From NCBI RefSeq assembly GCF_009914755.1, contig NC_060935.1: a stretch of DNA of 64,000 nucleotides, one strand, 5' to 3'. This DNA comes from the human T2T-CHM13v2.0 reference genome, Homo sapiens. This document shows positions 12,485 to 24,651 of the stretch, in pieces. The notes below the pieces were generated by a model. It made no database searches and had not been told where the DNA came from. It saw nothing but the letters and a program-made list of their open reading frames with translations. How positions within the stretch are numbered: position 1 is the stretch's first letter; every line of letters starts with the position of its first letter. The position numbers and the translations under genes were made by a program.

Positions 12485-15400
12485 TTTGTTATTGACACAT
12501 TATAATTGTACATATTTATGGGATGCAATTTGATATTTTCATACATACCTAGGTTGTTAATTGATTCAATCAGGGTAGTTAGTGTGTCCATCACCTCATG
12601 CATTTATCATTTCTTTCTGGTGAGAAGCTTCGAAAGCGTCCGTTGTAGCTATTTTATAATATGCATTATTTTACTGTGAACCATAGTCACCACACTATGC
12701 AATAGAACGCCCCATATCTTACTAATCCTATTAAATTGTAACTTTGTATCCATTGACCAACATTTCCTCATCCTCCCCTCCATCTCCCTCAGTCCCTGGT
12801 AACCACTGTTGTACTCTGTCTCTATGTGTCACCTTTTTTTAGATTCCACATATAAGTGAGATCATTTGGGTTTGCCTTTCTGTGGGTCTGGCGCATTTCA
12901 CCTGCCATGATGTCTTCCAGGTTTATGCAATGACAAAGTTTATTCTTTCCATGGCTAAGTAGTAGTCTATTGTGCATATATACCACATTTTCTTAATCCA
13001 TTCATCCATTGGTAGACACTTAGGTTGATTCCATTTCCTGCAATAACATGGGAATGCAGATAGCTCTTCAAAATACTGACTTCATTTCTTTTAGAGATGT
13101 ATCTAGTAGTGGGATTGCTGGATCATATGTTACTTTCATTTTTAGTTTTTTAGCAGCCTCCATATTGTTTTCTATAATAGCTATACTGACTGACATTCCC
13201 ACCAACAGTGTGTATGTTCACTTTTCCATATCCATGCCAGCATTTATTACTTATTTGTCTTTTTGAGAATAGCCATTTTAACTGGAGTTAGGTGGTAATC
13301 ACAGTGCAGTTTTGATTTACATTTCTAGATAATTAGTGATATTGAGAATGCTTTATGTACCTGCTGGTCATTTTTTAATTGGGTCTTTTCATATTTTGTT
13401 TTTGAGCTGTTTACATTAGTTATATATTCTAGATATTAACCCCTTGGAATACATGTATAGTTTATAAATATTTTCTCCTATTCTGAAGTTATTGTCTCTT
13501 CACTCTGTCAATTATTTTATTTGCTGAATGGAAGTTTTCTATTGTACAATCTTATTCGTCTATTTTTGCTTTGGTTGTGTGCTTTTTTAAGGTCTCAAAA
13601 AAATCCTTGTCCAGTATTGTCACCTAAATTGGTACAGGTACTGACTGAAAATCTCTAGTGGATAATCATAACACTCTTGGTCACATGTTCTTCTTTCTGC
13701 TTGAAAACTTTTTTTTAAAAGGAAAAGATACCAAATGCCTGCTGCTACCGCCCTTTTCAATTGCTATCTTTTGAAAGGCACCAGTATGTGTTTTAGATTG
13801 ATTTCCATTTCACAAAAATGACAGACAGTAGTTTCAGCTCTGATGGTATAAGCAAAATAAATAAAACATGTTTATAAAAAATAAAAAAAAATCCTTGCCC
13901 AGACCAATATCCTGAAACATTTCCCCTATGTTTTCTTTGAGTAGTTTCATAGTTTGGGGTCTTACATTTAAGTCTTTAATTTATTTTGAGGTAAATTTTT
14001 TGTAAGTAGCGAGAAACAGGGATTTAGTTATATTCTTTTGTGTGTGATTATCCAGTTTTCCAAGTACCATTTATTGAACAGACTGTCCTTTCTCCAAGTG
14101 TGTTCTTGACACCTTTGTCCAAGATCATTTGGCTATAAATGTATGGATTTATTTCTGAGCTCTCTATTCCTTTCCATTGGTCTGTGTGTCTGCTTTCATT
14201 GCAGTACCACGATGTTTTTGTTACCATAGCTTTGTACCATATTTTGAGTTGAATAGTGTGATGTCTCAAGTTTGTTTTTTTCCACTCAGGAATGCTTTGG
14301 CTTTTGAGTCCTTTGTGTTTCATATGAATCTTATGATTGTTTTTCTATTTGTGCGAAGAATGTTGCCAGTATTTTGACAAGGATTACATTACATCTGCAG
14401 ATCGCTTTAGGTTGTATTGTCATTTTTACAATATTAATTTTTCCAATCCATTAACACAGACTACCTTCCCATTTCTTTGTGTCCCTTTGTATCCCCTGTT
14501 GTAAAAATTTCATAGTGTTTTCAATGTAGAGATCTTTTACCTCTTTGGTTAAACTTATTTTTAAGTATATAATTTTTTGTAGCTATTGTAACTGAAATTG
14601 TTTTCTTGATTATTTTTTCATATTGGTTCACTAACACTATATAGAAACACTAATTTTTATTTTGATTTTGTATTCTGCAGCTTTACTGTCTATTAGTTCT
14701 AACAGTTTTTTTTTTTTACTGAAGCCTATATTGTTTTTTATATACAAGATAAAATTTTCTACACTCAGGGATAATTTTATTTCTTTTCCGATGTATATGC
14801 CTTGTCTTTGTTTCTCTTGCCTAATTACTCTGGCTAGGACTTCCAGTAGTATATTGAACAAAATGGTTAAGGGAACATCCTCATCTTGTTCCTGGCCTTA
14901 GGACAGATTTTAGCTTTTCCCCATTCCCTGTGATGCAAGTCTCAGATTTGTTATGTATGACATTTATTGTGTCGAGGTACATACCATCTATACCTAATTT
15001 GTTTAAAGTTATTGTCATGAAGGAATTTTGAATTTTGTCAAATGCTTTATCTGCATCTATTGAAAAAATCATGTGGTTGTTTCTCTTTCTCTTAATAAAG
15101 TATATAACATTCATTGATTTGCATATGTTAAACCATCCTTGCATCCCATGAATGATTCCCACTTAATTATAGTGAATTATCTTTTTTAATGCACACTTAG
15201 ATTCAGTTTGCTAGTATCTTGTTGACAATTTTTGCATTTACTTTTATGAAATATACTGGCCTATAGGTTCCATTTTGTTTTTTATGTTCTCATCCAGTTT
15301 TGGAATTAGTGTAATGCTGGCTCATAAAGTGAGTTTGGAAGTATTAACTTGTCTTTAATTTTCTGAAACAGTTTGTGGAAAATTGTTATTAGTTATTTAA

Positions 15401-16650
15401 ATGTTTGATAGAATTCAAGAGTGAGGACATCAAGTCCTGGGATCTTCTTTGCTGAAATACTACTTTTTACGTCTTCAATTTCTCCACCCATTATTGGTCT
15501 TTTTAGATTTTCTATTTCTTCATAATTTAATCTTGGTAGGCTGTGTGTATCTAGGAATTTATCCATTTCTTCTATGTTATCAAGGTTGGTGGTGTATAGT
15601 TGTTCATAATAGCTTTTTATTGTCTTTTGTATTTCTGTGATATTTGTTCTAATGTCTTCTTTTCATTTCTGATTTTATTGTGTGAGTTTTCTCCCTCTTA
15701 GTCTCACTAAAGGCTTGTCAATTTTTTATATAGCACCATTATATTCTGGGGTATTTAGAGTTTGATTTATAAATTTACCTCTACTGGTGGGTTTCTGTTT
15801 AATTTTCAAAAAAACCTGCTTTATACCTAGGTACTCTAGTATTGGGTACATATATTTATAATTATTGTAATCGCTTGTTGAGTTGATCGCTTTATCATTA
15901 CATATTAACCTTTTCTCTTTTTACAATTTTTTTACTTAAAGTCTTTTTTAAATTTGATCTAAATACAGCTGCAAAAGCTGCATGCAATTTTTTTTTCATC
16001 CGTTCACTTCAATCTATGTTTGCCTTTAATGGTGAGGTGAGTATTGCAGGCAGCAAGGAGTTGGGTCTTGTTTTTATGTTTGTTTGTTTGCTTGCTTTTT
16101 ATCCACTCAGCCACTCTATCTTTTAATTGAATAATTTAATTCATTTACATGCAAGGTTAATATTGATTAATAAGAACTCACTTTGGTTATTTTGATCATT
16201 TTCTGATTATTTTGTAGTTGTTTTGTTCTTTTCTTCTTCTCTTGTTTACCTCTATGGTTTGACAGTTTTCTGTGGTCCTCAGCTTTGTTTCCTTCCTCTT
16301 TATCATTTGTGTCACTTATTTCTTTGCGGTTAACATGGGCTAACATAAAGAGTTTTGTAGTTACAGCAGACAATTTTAAGCTGATAACAATTTAACTTTA
16401 GTTTTAAAAAAGTACTCAAGACCATTTATATTTTTGTTACCTTAATTTACTTCTTTATCTATTATGTGTTCCTTAGTCACTAATTTTAGATATGCTTGTT
16501 TTTTATCCTTTTGACTTTAAACCTTCATGATAGAGGATTGAGAGATTTATATAGCATCACTACATTGCTGGGGTATCTTGAGTTTGATCTATGAATTTCC
16601 CTCTACTGATGGGTTTTACCTATGGTGTGTTTCTATTTAACAGTTTTCTG
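12485..16650 (-). mobile_element. L1MA-family LINE, 5'-truncated, internally deleted near 15817 and interrupted at 13615
   Basis: Antisense L1MA 3'UTR (attgacacattataattgtacatatttatggg). ORF2 remnants in the track include 14881-15162 [11 protein letters not shown]...[11 protein letters not shown] (RT) and 14637-14861 FNILLEVLAR. Confidence 0.9.
13615..13891 (+). pseudogene. 5'-truncated processed retrocopy of an mRNA 3'UTR (probably CAPRIN1)
   Basis: Non-L1 sequence ending in AATAAA (13856-13865) and an A tail (13876-13891), flanked by TSD aaaaaaatccttgtccag/aaaaaaatccttgcccag; parent gene assigned from recalled sequence only. Confidence 0.8.
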
Positions 16651-17261
16651 TGAACACGTTTTAGTTCTTTAGCTAGACTACAAATTTATAGCTGGACACA
16701 TGGCAGTGGTAAATAGATATTTTCTTTTAAAGTATTTGAGTGCTTGCTACATGCAGCTTCTCTATCAGCATCTCACGTACATAGTTCATTTAGTGCTTAT
16801 ATCAATAAAGGAAAGAATGTATTGTCCTTTTTTCCTAATAAGTAAAATTAATTTCTGATAGTCAAAATAGCTTGCAAACATGTTTACACAAGACACAACA
16901 CGAAGTCATATAACTGGCATCTGAATACATTTTTCTCTGACTTCAACTCTGTAGCTGAGCCAATATGCTATCATGATTCTCTAAAAGTGAAGTCCTTCAT
17001 AAAAGGTAATAGAAGGTTTGTGAAAATACCTATACATAGAGGTCAATCTTCTTATAATAAACAGAAAATGTGATTTACATATGTTGGTTCTCCTAGGAGG
17101 AATATATATTCCTTTAGATATTTCACGTGATACCTGTTACACTGAAACTGAACTATTTTAACTAAGGAATCTTGCAAAGAAGCCTAGTGATTAGATGAAT
17201 AAGTTATCTGAGCAGAATGGTACAGTCCACAATAACAATATTTCAAAGGTCATATAAATGG

Positions 17262-17780
17262 ATTAATTCAGTAAGCATTAATCGATACTAAATCTCAGGC
17301 GCTATGTTAAGTGTCATGAATACAAAAAGAATGGCATGCTTCTTAATCTCTACAAGCTTTCATTTTAGTGAGAAGAGGTATATGTAAAAAAAATTCCTGA
17401 TATAAAACAGACACTTATTAAATAATATATATTGAATTTAAATGCCTTAACATATTCATGGAGTGCAGATGGATGAGTGATTAATTCTGTCTAGGCAGGA
17501 AGTAGTGGGAGATTTAGGATGCCCTATGAAAGATTTAGGATGATAGTAAACCTATGATTTGAAAAATAAGAGAACATTAACTAGTAAAGAACTAATGAGA
17601 CAGACATACCAGAAAGTCAAGAGTGTTTTCGGAGATACAAAATATAACTTGTTCAGATGCATCCTATTTTTCTCCTATGTATAAAAAGGGAGGGATGAGA
17701 AATAGCAGTGAAAAGTTAGATGGAAATAGACATTGAAGCATTATCCTCAAGATAAGAATTTTCTGCTGTGATCAAATATC
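17262..17780 (-). mobile_element. L2 remnant
   Basis: taattcagtaagcattaatcgatac...caggcgctatgttaagtg...aagctttcattttagtg. Confidence 0.5.
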
Positions 17781-18711
17781 ATTGCAAGTTTCCCAAATAC
17801 TTTAAATGTATACTTTTTAATACACTCAAAATAGTCTTAATAAAATTATTGTCCTCTTAATTTGGTACTGTCTATTAACATCAGTGGCCATATGGTAATA
17901 ACAACATAGTTTTAAACACAGTAGGGAAGCTCAGTGAAATAGAGATAAGAAAGTAGAATGGTAAGTTTTTGTAATAACCTTCTAGAAGAAGATTCACTTA
18001 AATCAGTTAATTTCATGGCATTCATAAAATATTTGCAAAGGAAAATGAGCTCTCTGGAGGAATAACATTGGTCTCATTTCTTCACACTTTCTTTTTTTGT
18101 TTATTTTTCTAAGAAGTTTTGACAATTCAGGAGTGGTTTTTTAAATTTTCTCACATTCTGTAACCATCTTTTTACCATATTTAACCTCATTGCCTCTTAC
18201 ACCTTTTTAAGACTTGGTGGGAAAAAATGAATAGAAACAGAAAAAAGAGGTCAATTCTTTTTTCAAATCTAACACATTTCTCTACTTGATTGTAAAACAA
18301 AGAAGAGTTTGTAGTTAATATTTGGAAGGGAAAACAATTTTGTTTTGTTTCATTTTGTTTTTCAGCAGACCAAGTGGTACATATTCTTTGGGAAAAAATA
18401 TCAAAAACTAAATAAATAGATGCAGTGGATAAATTATAGAAACATTATCTCTAAATTGGGAAATATTCTATCCCTTTATAAACACCACGTGAAACTTCTA
18501 TTGTTTATAGAGTAACTTCTGAAAACAGGAAAATTTTTAAAATGTGTTTACTATGTACCACTTATAATGTAACATCGTTCTTTTTTCTTATTTTAAATAA
18601 TCATATTGAAGTATAATTAATAATACACAAGTATAAAGTGTACCATTTGATATTCCCACATATGCATACCTATAAAACTTGTGCACATCGTAATTCCTCC
18701 AACCTGTCTTC

Positions 18712-19196
18712 AGTGGTTTACATATGATTTGTTTCCACTAAAACAAATTTGATCATATTGAGGGATCACATTTCAATGGGAAACACTGTCAATGGGAAAC
18801 ACATTGATCCCCCAATGTGACAGTGTTGGGAGCTGGAGCCTAGTGGCAGGTATTTGGGTCATGAGAGTGGATCCCTCATTTACAGATTTATAGACTAGTG
18901 CCTTCTTATGGGGATGAGTAAGTTGTTGCTGTCTGGAGAATGGATTAGCTCCTGTGAGTGTGGGTTGCTAAAATGTCTAACTTCTTCCCTCGCCATGGGA
19001 TCTCTTTGCGCGGGCCTACTCCCCTTCTGCTTACATGTTGAGTGGGAGCAGCACGAGACCCTGACCAGAAGATGAGCAGATGCTGACGCCATGCTTCCTG
19101 AGTTTCCTAGGCTGCAGAACCATGAGCTAATTCTTTTCTTTTGAAATTACCCAGCCTCAGGTATTCAGTTGTAGCAACACAAAATGGATTAAGACA
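18712..19196 (+). mobile_element. MSTB-like MaLR solo LTR
   Basis: tgatcccccaatgtgacagtgttggg...tgggtcatgagagtggatccctcat...gtagcaacacaaaatggattaagaca. Confidence 0.85.
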
Positions 19197-19454
19197 CCAT
19201 CCCTGCCATTCCATTTCCCATAAGTATCAGCCTAATGTCACTATGGAGTAGTTTGTATTTTCTATAATTTTATAAGTGGAATAATGGACAATATAATTGG
19301 GAGAGGCATCTGGCTTATTTTATTTAAAAAAATTACTTATAGGTTCATCCATTCACAGTGTTGCATGTGTAAATGACTTATTTTTTTATCACTGAGTAGT
19401 AGGGCATTATATAGGCAACCTCCCATTTTTTAATTCATTATCTGTTAATGAATT

Positions 19455-19826
19455 TGCATTCATTTTCTAGGGCTATCACAACAAAGTAGCACAGACTAGA
19501 TGTCTTAAAAAACATAAATTTATTTGCCAACAGTCTGGAGGCCAAGTCAGAGATTCAGGTAGTGGCAAGGTTGATTTCTTTTAAGGTCTCTCTCCTTGGC
19601 TTCCACATGTGTCTTTTCTCTGTGTCTTCACATGGTATTTCCTCTGTGCACTTCTGTGTTCTAATCTCCTTTTCATATAAGGACACAAGTCATCTTGAAT
19701 TACGACCTACTGTAAGCACCTCACTTATACTTAATTACTTCTTTAAAGACCCTATCTTCAAATACAATTACATTTAAAGTATTGAGGGCTAGAACTTCAA
19801 CATATAAATATGAGGGGGTGCACAAT
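19455..19826 (-). mobile_element. MLT1A/B-like LTR
   Basis: gggctatcacaacaaagtagcacagact...aaagaccctatcttcaaatacaattacatt...ggctagaacttcaacatat. Confidence 0.8.
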
Positions 19827-20126
19827 ATATAAGTATGGGGCACAGTATGTGAGTGCTCAAAGTAGACAGGGTACTGTCTACTTTTTGACTATGAATATTT
19901 ACTTATAATCTTTCTATGAATATATATCTTTATTTCTTTTGAGTAAACACCTGGAAGTGGAATGTCTGTGTCGTATGGTAGATACCAATTTAACTTTAAA
20001 AAAGAAGCAAACTTTTCCAAAAGAGTTGTACCCCATTTAACAATTCCACCAGTAATATATGAGAGTTCCTGTTGCTTCACATCCTCATCAACACTTGTTA
20101 CCATTAATCTTGGAGTATGTGGGGGG

Positions 20127-20136
20127 TGTGTGTGTT

Positions 20137-20175
<39 letters not shown>

Positions 20176-20178
20176 AAG
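20127..20178. repeat. Compound (TG)n(GA)n microsatellite
   Basis: Seen directly. Confidence 0.95.
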
Positions 20179-20224
20179 AAAGACCAACTGTTACATTTTT
20201 TAAAAATCTCAATGTTTATTAAGC

Positions 20225-20525
20225 ATAATAAAGCACCACAAAATGCTATTTCAGGCAACAACAGACCACATATGCCATGATGGTGCCATACGATTATAAT
20301 ACCATATTTTACACTACCTTTTTACACAAATACTTACTATTGTCTTATAATTGCCTACAGTCTTCAGCACAGTAATATGCTCTACAGGTTTGGAGCCTAG
20401 GAGCAGTTGGCAATACCATACACCTTAGGTATGGAGAAGGCTTTAACCTCTAGGTTTGTGTAAGTGTATTTTATGATATTCACACAGCAAGAAAATTGCT
20501 TAATGACATGTAACTCACAACTGTA
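20225..20525 (+). mobile_element. Tigger3a-like DNA transposon
   Basis: gattataataccatatttt...acacaaatacttactattg...ggtttggagcctaggagca...tctaggtttgtgtaagt. Confidence 0.85.
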
Positions 20526-20664
20526 TATCTAACTTTATAATAAACTTTCTATGTATATAAAATTTTATGTATCTATACCTGGAGTTTTTGATAGAACTAA
20601 ATCATAAAACTCTCAGACTGGTGGCTTTATTATGACAAGGATTTTAACAACTAAATCAATTTTT

Positions 20665-22092
20665 AAGTTTTATTTTTAATTGGTACATAAAAATTATACA
20701 TATTTATGTGGTAAAATGTGATGTTATAATACATGTATAGATTGTGTCATGATCAAATCAGAGCATGTAGCTTATCTATCACCTCAAACTTTTATCATTT
20801 CTTTGTGGTGAGAACATTCAAAATCCTTTCTTGGAGTTATTTTGAAAAATACAGTATAGACCTGTTAACAACAATCACCCTATTGAGCAATAGAAACTAG
20901 AACTTATTCCTCCTATCTGAAATTTTGTACACATTGATGAAAACTCTCCCCATCCCTCCTCCACCCTACTATCCCCAGACTCTGGTAACAATTATTCTAC
21001 TCTGTACCTCTATAAGATCAGCTCTTTTAAGTTCCACAAGTAAGTGAGATCATATGGTATTTGTATTTCTGTATTTGGCTTAACTTCATATAATGTCTTC
21101 CAGGTTTATATATGTTGGCACAAATGAAAGGATTTCATTTTTAATGGCTGAATAATATTCCATTGCGTATATATCACATATTATTTATCCATTCATCCAT
21201 TGTTGATAGACACTTTGGTTGATTCCAGATTGTAGTTATTGTGAATAGTGCTGCAATAATCTTGCGAGTACAGGTTTCTCTGAATAGTGCTGCAATAATC
21301 TTGCGAGTACAGGTTTCTCTTAAACACAGTGATTTTATTTCTTTTGGATATATATTTCACCCAGGAGTGAAATTAGTGGACTATATAGTAGTTCTATTTT
21401 TACCTGAGAAAGCTCCATTCTGTTTTTTATAATGGCTATACTAATTCAAATTCTCACCAGCAATATATAAGTGTTCTCATTTCTTCACATCCACAACTAG
21501 CATTTGTTATTTCTTGTCTTTTTGATAATGGCCATTCTAATTAGGGTGAGGTGATAACTGATTGTGGTTTTGATTTGCATTTCCCTGATGATTAGGACTG
21601 TTGAGCATATTTTAATATACCTGCTTGTCATTTGTATATTTTCTTTTGAGGAATGTCTATTCAGTTGTTTTGATCATTTTAAAAATCAGATTGTTTGTTT
21701 TGTTGCTATTAAGTTGATTTTTTAATATATTCTGGATATTAACTCCATGTCGAATGCATAGTTTGCAAATATTTTCTCCCATTCTGCAGGTTGTCCCTTC
21801 ACTCTGTTGATTGTTTGTGTTATTTTTGTTGTTTTGCAGAAAATTTTTAGTTTGATGTGGTCTCATTTGTCTATTTTTGCTTTTGTTGTTTGTGCTTTCG
21901 ACTTTTAATCCAAAACAGTTCTTGCCCAGACCAAGGTTATGAAGCATTTCTCCTTATGTTTTCCTCGAGTAGCTTTATAGTTTTGCATCTTACATTTAAT
22001 TCTTTAATTTATCTTGAGTTTATTTTTGTATATGGTGAGAGATAGGGGCCTAGTTTCATTCTTCTGCGTGTAGATATCTAGTTTTCCCAGAT
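20665..22092 (-). mobile_element. L1MA-family 3' fragment
   Basis: Antisense 3'UTR and ORF2 C-terminal region; contains a 39-bp perfect tandem duplication. Confidence 0.88.
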
Positions 22093-22171
22093 CATTTATG
22101 GTGTTTTAAATTTTGATGTAGGTTACAGTAGGTGTCTAATATCTTGTTACTTTGGTTGTGGAAATTGAATT

Positions 22172-23415
22172 CTTTTAAAAGAAACTTTATTATTAGAGCA
22201 GTATTAGTTTCACGCAAAACTGAGCTGAAGATACAGAGATTTCCCCAGGTCCCCTGCATTCTCACATGGGTGTACACTTCCCATTGTCAACATCTCTCCA
22301 CAAGGTGGTATATTTGTTACAATTGATCACCTTACCTTGACACATCATAATCACCTAAAGTCCATATTTTATATTAGAGTTCAGTCTTGATGTTGCATAT
22401 TTCATGGATTTGGACAAATGTATATTGACATGTTCTCCATTATAGTATCATAAAGAGTAGTAGCTTTACTGCCTTAAAAATCCTCTATTCTCCACCTAGT
22501 CATACCTACCTTGTGCCTAACGTCTGGCAACCACTGATTATTTTTTAAACTCTCTTCATAGTTTTGCCCTTTACAGAATGTCTAATGGAATAATATAGTA
22601 TATAGCCTTTTTAGATTGACTTCTTTCATTTAGTAATATGCATTTACATTTCCTCCGTGTTTGTTCATGGCTTGATTCATCATCTTTTTTAGCCCTGTTC
22701 TATATTCCATTGTCTGAATATACCACAGTTAGTTTATCCATTCACCTATTGAAGGACATTTAAGTTGCTTCTGAGTTTTGGCAATTGTAAGTAAGTAGAT
22801 ATAAACATTCGTGTGCAGGGTTTTGTATGGACATAAGTTCCACTTTTATAAGATTGTTTTCTTATTGTTGAGTTTAAATCTTTATTTTATATTTTGTATG
22901 AGTCCTTTATCAGATATGTCTTTTGTTAAAATTTTTTCCCAGTTGGTGGCTTGTCTTGTTGTCTTGACATTGTTTTTCAAAGAACACAGTTTTTAATTTT
23001 AATGAATTTTAGAGTATCAATTCTCTTTAAAATGGATTGTGCCTTTGTTATCACCTCTGAAAATGCATCACCATACCCAATAATATTTACATTTTCTCAT
23101 AAGTAGTCTTCTAGGCATTCTGTAGTTTTGTGGTCACATTTGGCTTCTGATTCATTGGGAGTTAATATTTATGAAGGGTATAAAGTGTGTGTCTAGATTT
23201 TTTAAATTGTAAGTTTGTCGCATATGGTTTTACAGTTGTTTTAATACCATTTGTTGAAAAAAAAAATCTTTTCCCTGTTGTATTATCTTTGCTCCTTTGA
23301 TGAAGATCAGTTGACTATATTCATAATGATCAATTTCTGGGCTCTCTATTTTGTTCCATTTATCTGTTTTTCTATTCCACATTGTCTTCATTATTGTAGC
23401 TTTATATAGCAAGTC
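22172..23415 (-). mobile_element. L1MC1-like 3' fragment
   Basis: actttattattagagcagtattagtttcacgcaaaactgagc...ggtggtatatttgttacaattgat...cacatcataatcacctaaagtccata; ORF 23230-23412 YKATIMKTMW. Confidence 0.8.
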
Positions 23416-24651
23416 AATTCTTTTTATTTTATTTTCATTTCCTCTTGTAGGATCTAAAACTAGAAGATAATGTCACGGATTTGAGACTTTGTTTTTTCCT
23501 ACTATGGACATTTATTGCTATGATTTTTCCTTTAAATAATCACCTTGCTTTATTTAACTCATTTTCATTTTTATTTCCACTAAGCTCAAAATGCTTTCTC
23601 ATATTCCTTTAAGTTGATGCATTGACATATCAGTTGTTTAGAAATGCTAACTAAATTGTAGTTCTGATTTTCATTTTCCTAATGATTAATTATGTTGATC
23701 CTCTTTTATGTGCTTATTAGCTATTCGTATATCTTTGGAGAAATGTCTATTCAACTCCTTTGTCCATCTTTGATTTTTTAAGATTTTTTCAATGAAAAAA
23801 ATTACTTTTTTCTAATTTTTATTGATTGATTTATGATTACCAAATTATCTTAGCCTTAATAATATTGTTTATCCTGAAATCCACTTTGTCTCATATTACT
23901 ATTGCCACTCAGCCTCTCAGCTGGTTTTGATTAGTTGTAGCAGCATTTGTATTTTTTGCATCTTTTAAAACCGATTTTCATCTTAAAATTCAAAGTTAAT
24001 TTCTTGAAGGTAACACAATGTTAGGTCTTTTTCATCTAATCTGTAGATCTCTGTCTTTTAATGGGATATTTTGAGCATTTATATTTAATATTATTAATAT
24101 TGATAGACTAAATGCTTTATTCTTTTTTTGTTTTGTTTTCTTCTTCCCCATTACTTTTTGTTCCCTTTGCCCACAGTTATTGCTTTCTTTAGGTTAGGTT
24201 TTTTTTTTTTTTTATCATTTCATTTTATCTCTTTTGTTGGCATTAGTTGAAACTGTTTTTCTTTCTGTGTGTTGTGGATTGCTTTAGTGTTTACAGTTAT
24301 GCATTAACATCAAAATTTATGAGCCATAAATATTATAATTTTATATTTCCCCTCTTGTCCTTTGTACTATGATTGCATTTAAATTTTACATATGATATAA
24401 ATTCTATGGCATACTGGTACAATTTTTAATTAGTCAGTTTTCTTAGATTTGATTTTTGCTCAGACATTTACCTAAAAAATTAACCGTTTATGATGATCTT
24501 CATTTCTTGGTGTAGATCCAGGTTTCTGATATTTTTCTTATAACTGAAAGATTTCTGCCAGCATTTCTTGTTGTCTGAGAGTTGATGACACATTTTCTAA
24601 CCTTTACTTGCCTGAATAGGTTTCTTTGTGCCTTATTTCCCTCCCCAACAC

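Larger units (their letters stand above)
18590..20120 (-). mobile_element. Old L1ME-like 3' region split by two LTRs
   Basis: Antisense L1 3'UTR motifs at 18590-18710, 19200-19455 and 19860-20120; ORF 19889-20212 contains LPYDTDIPLPGVYSKE (ORF2 C-terminus). Confidence 0.65.
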
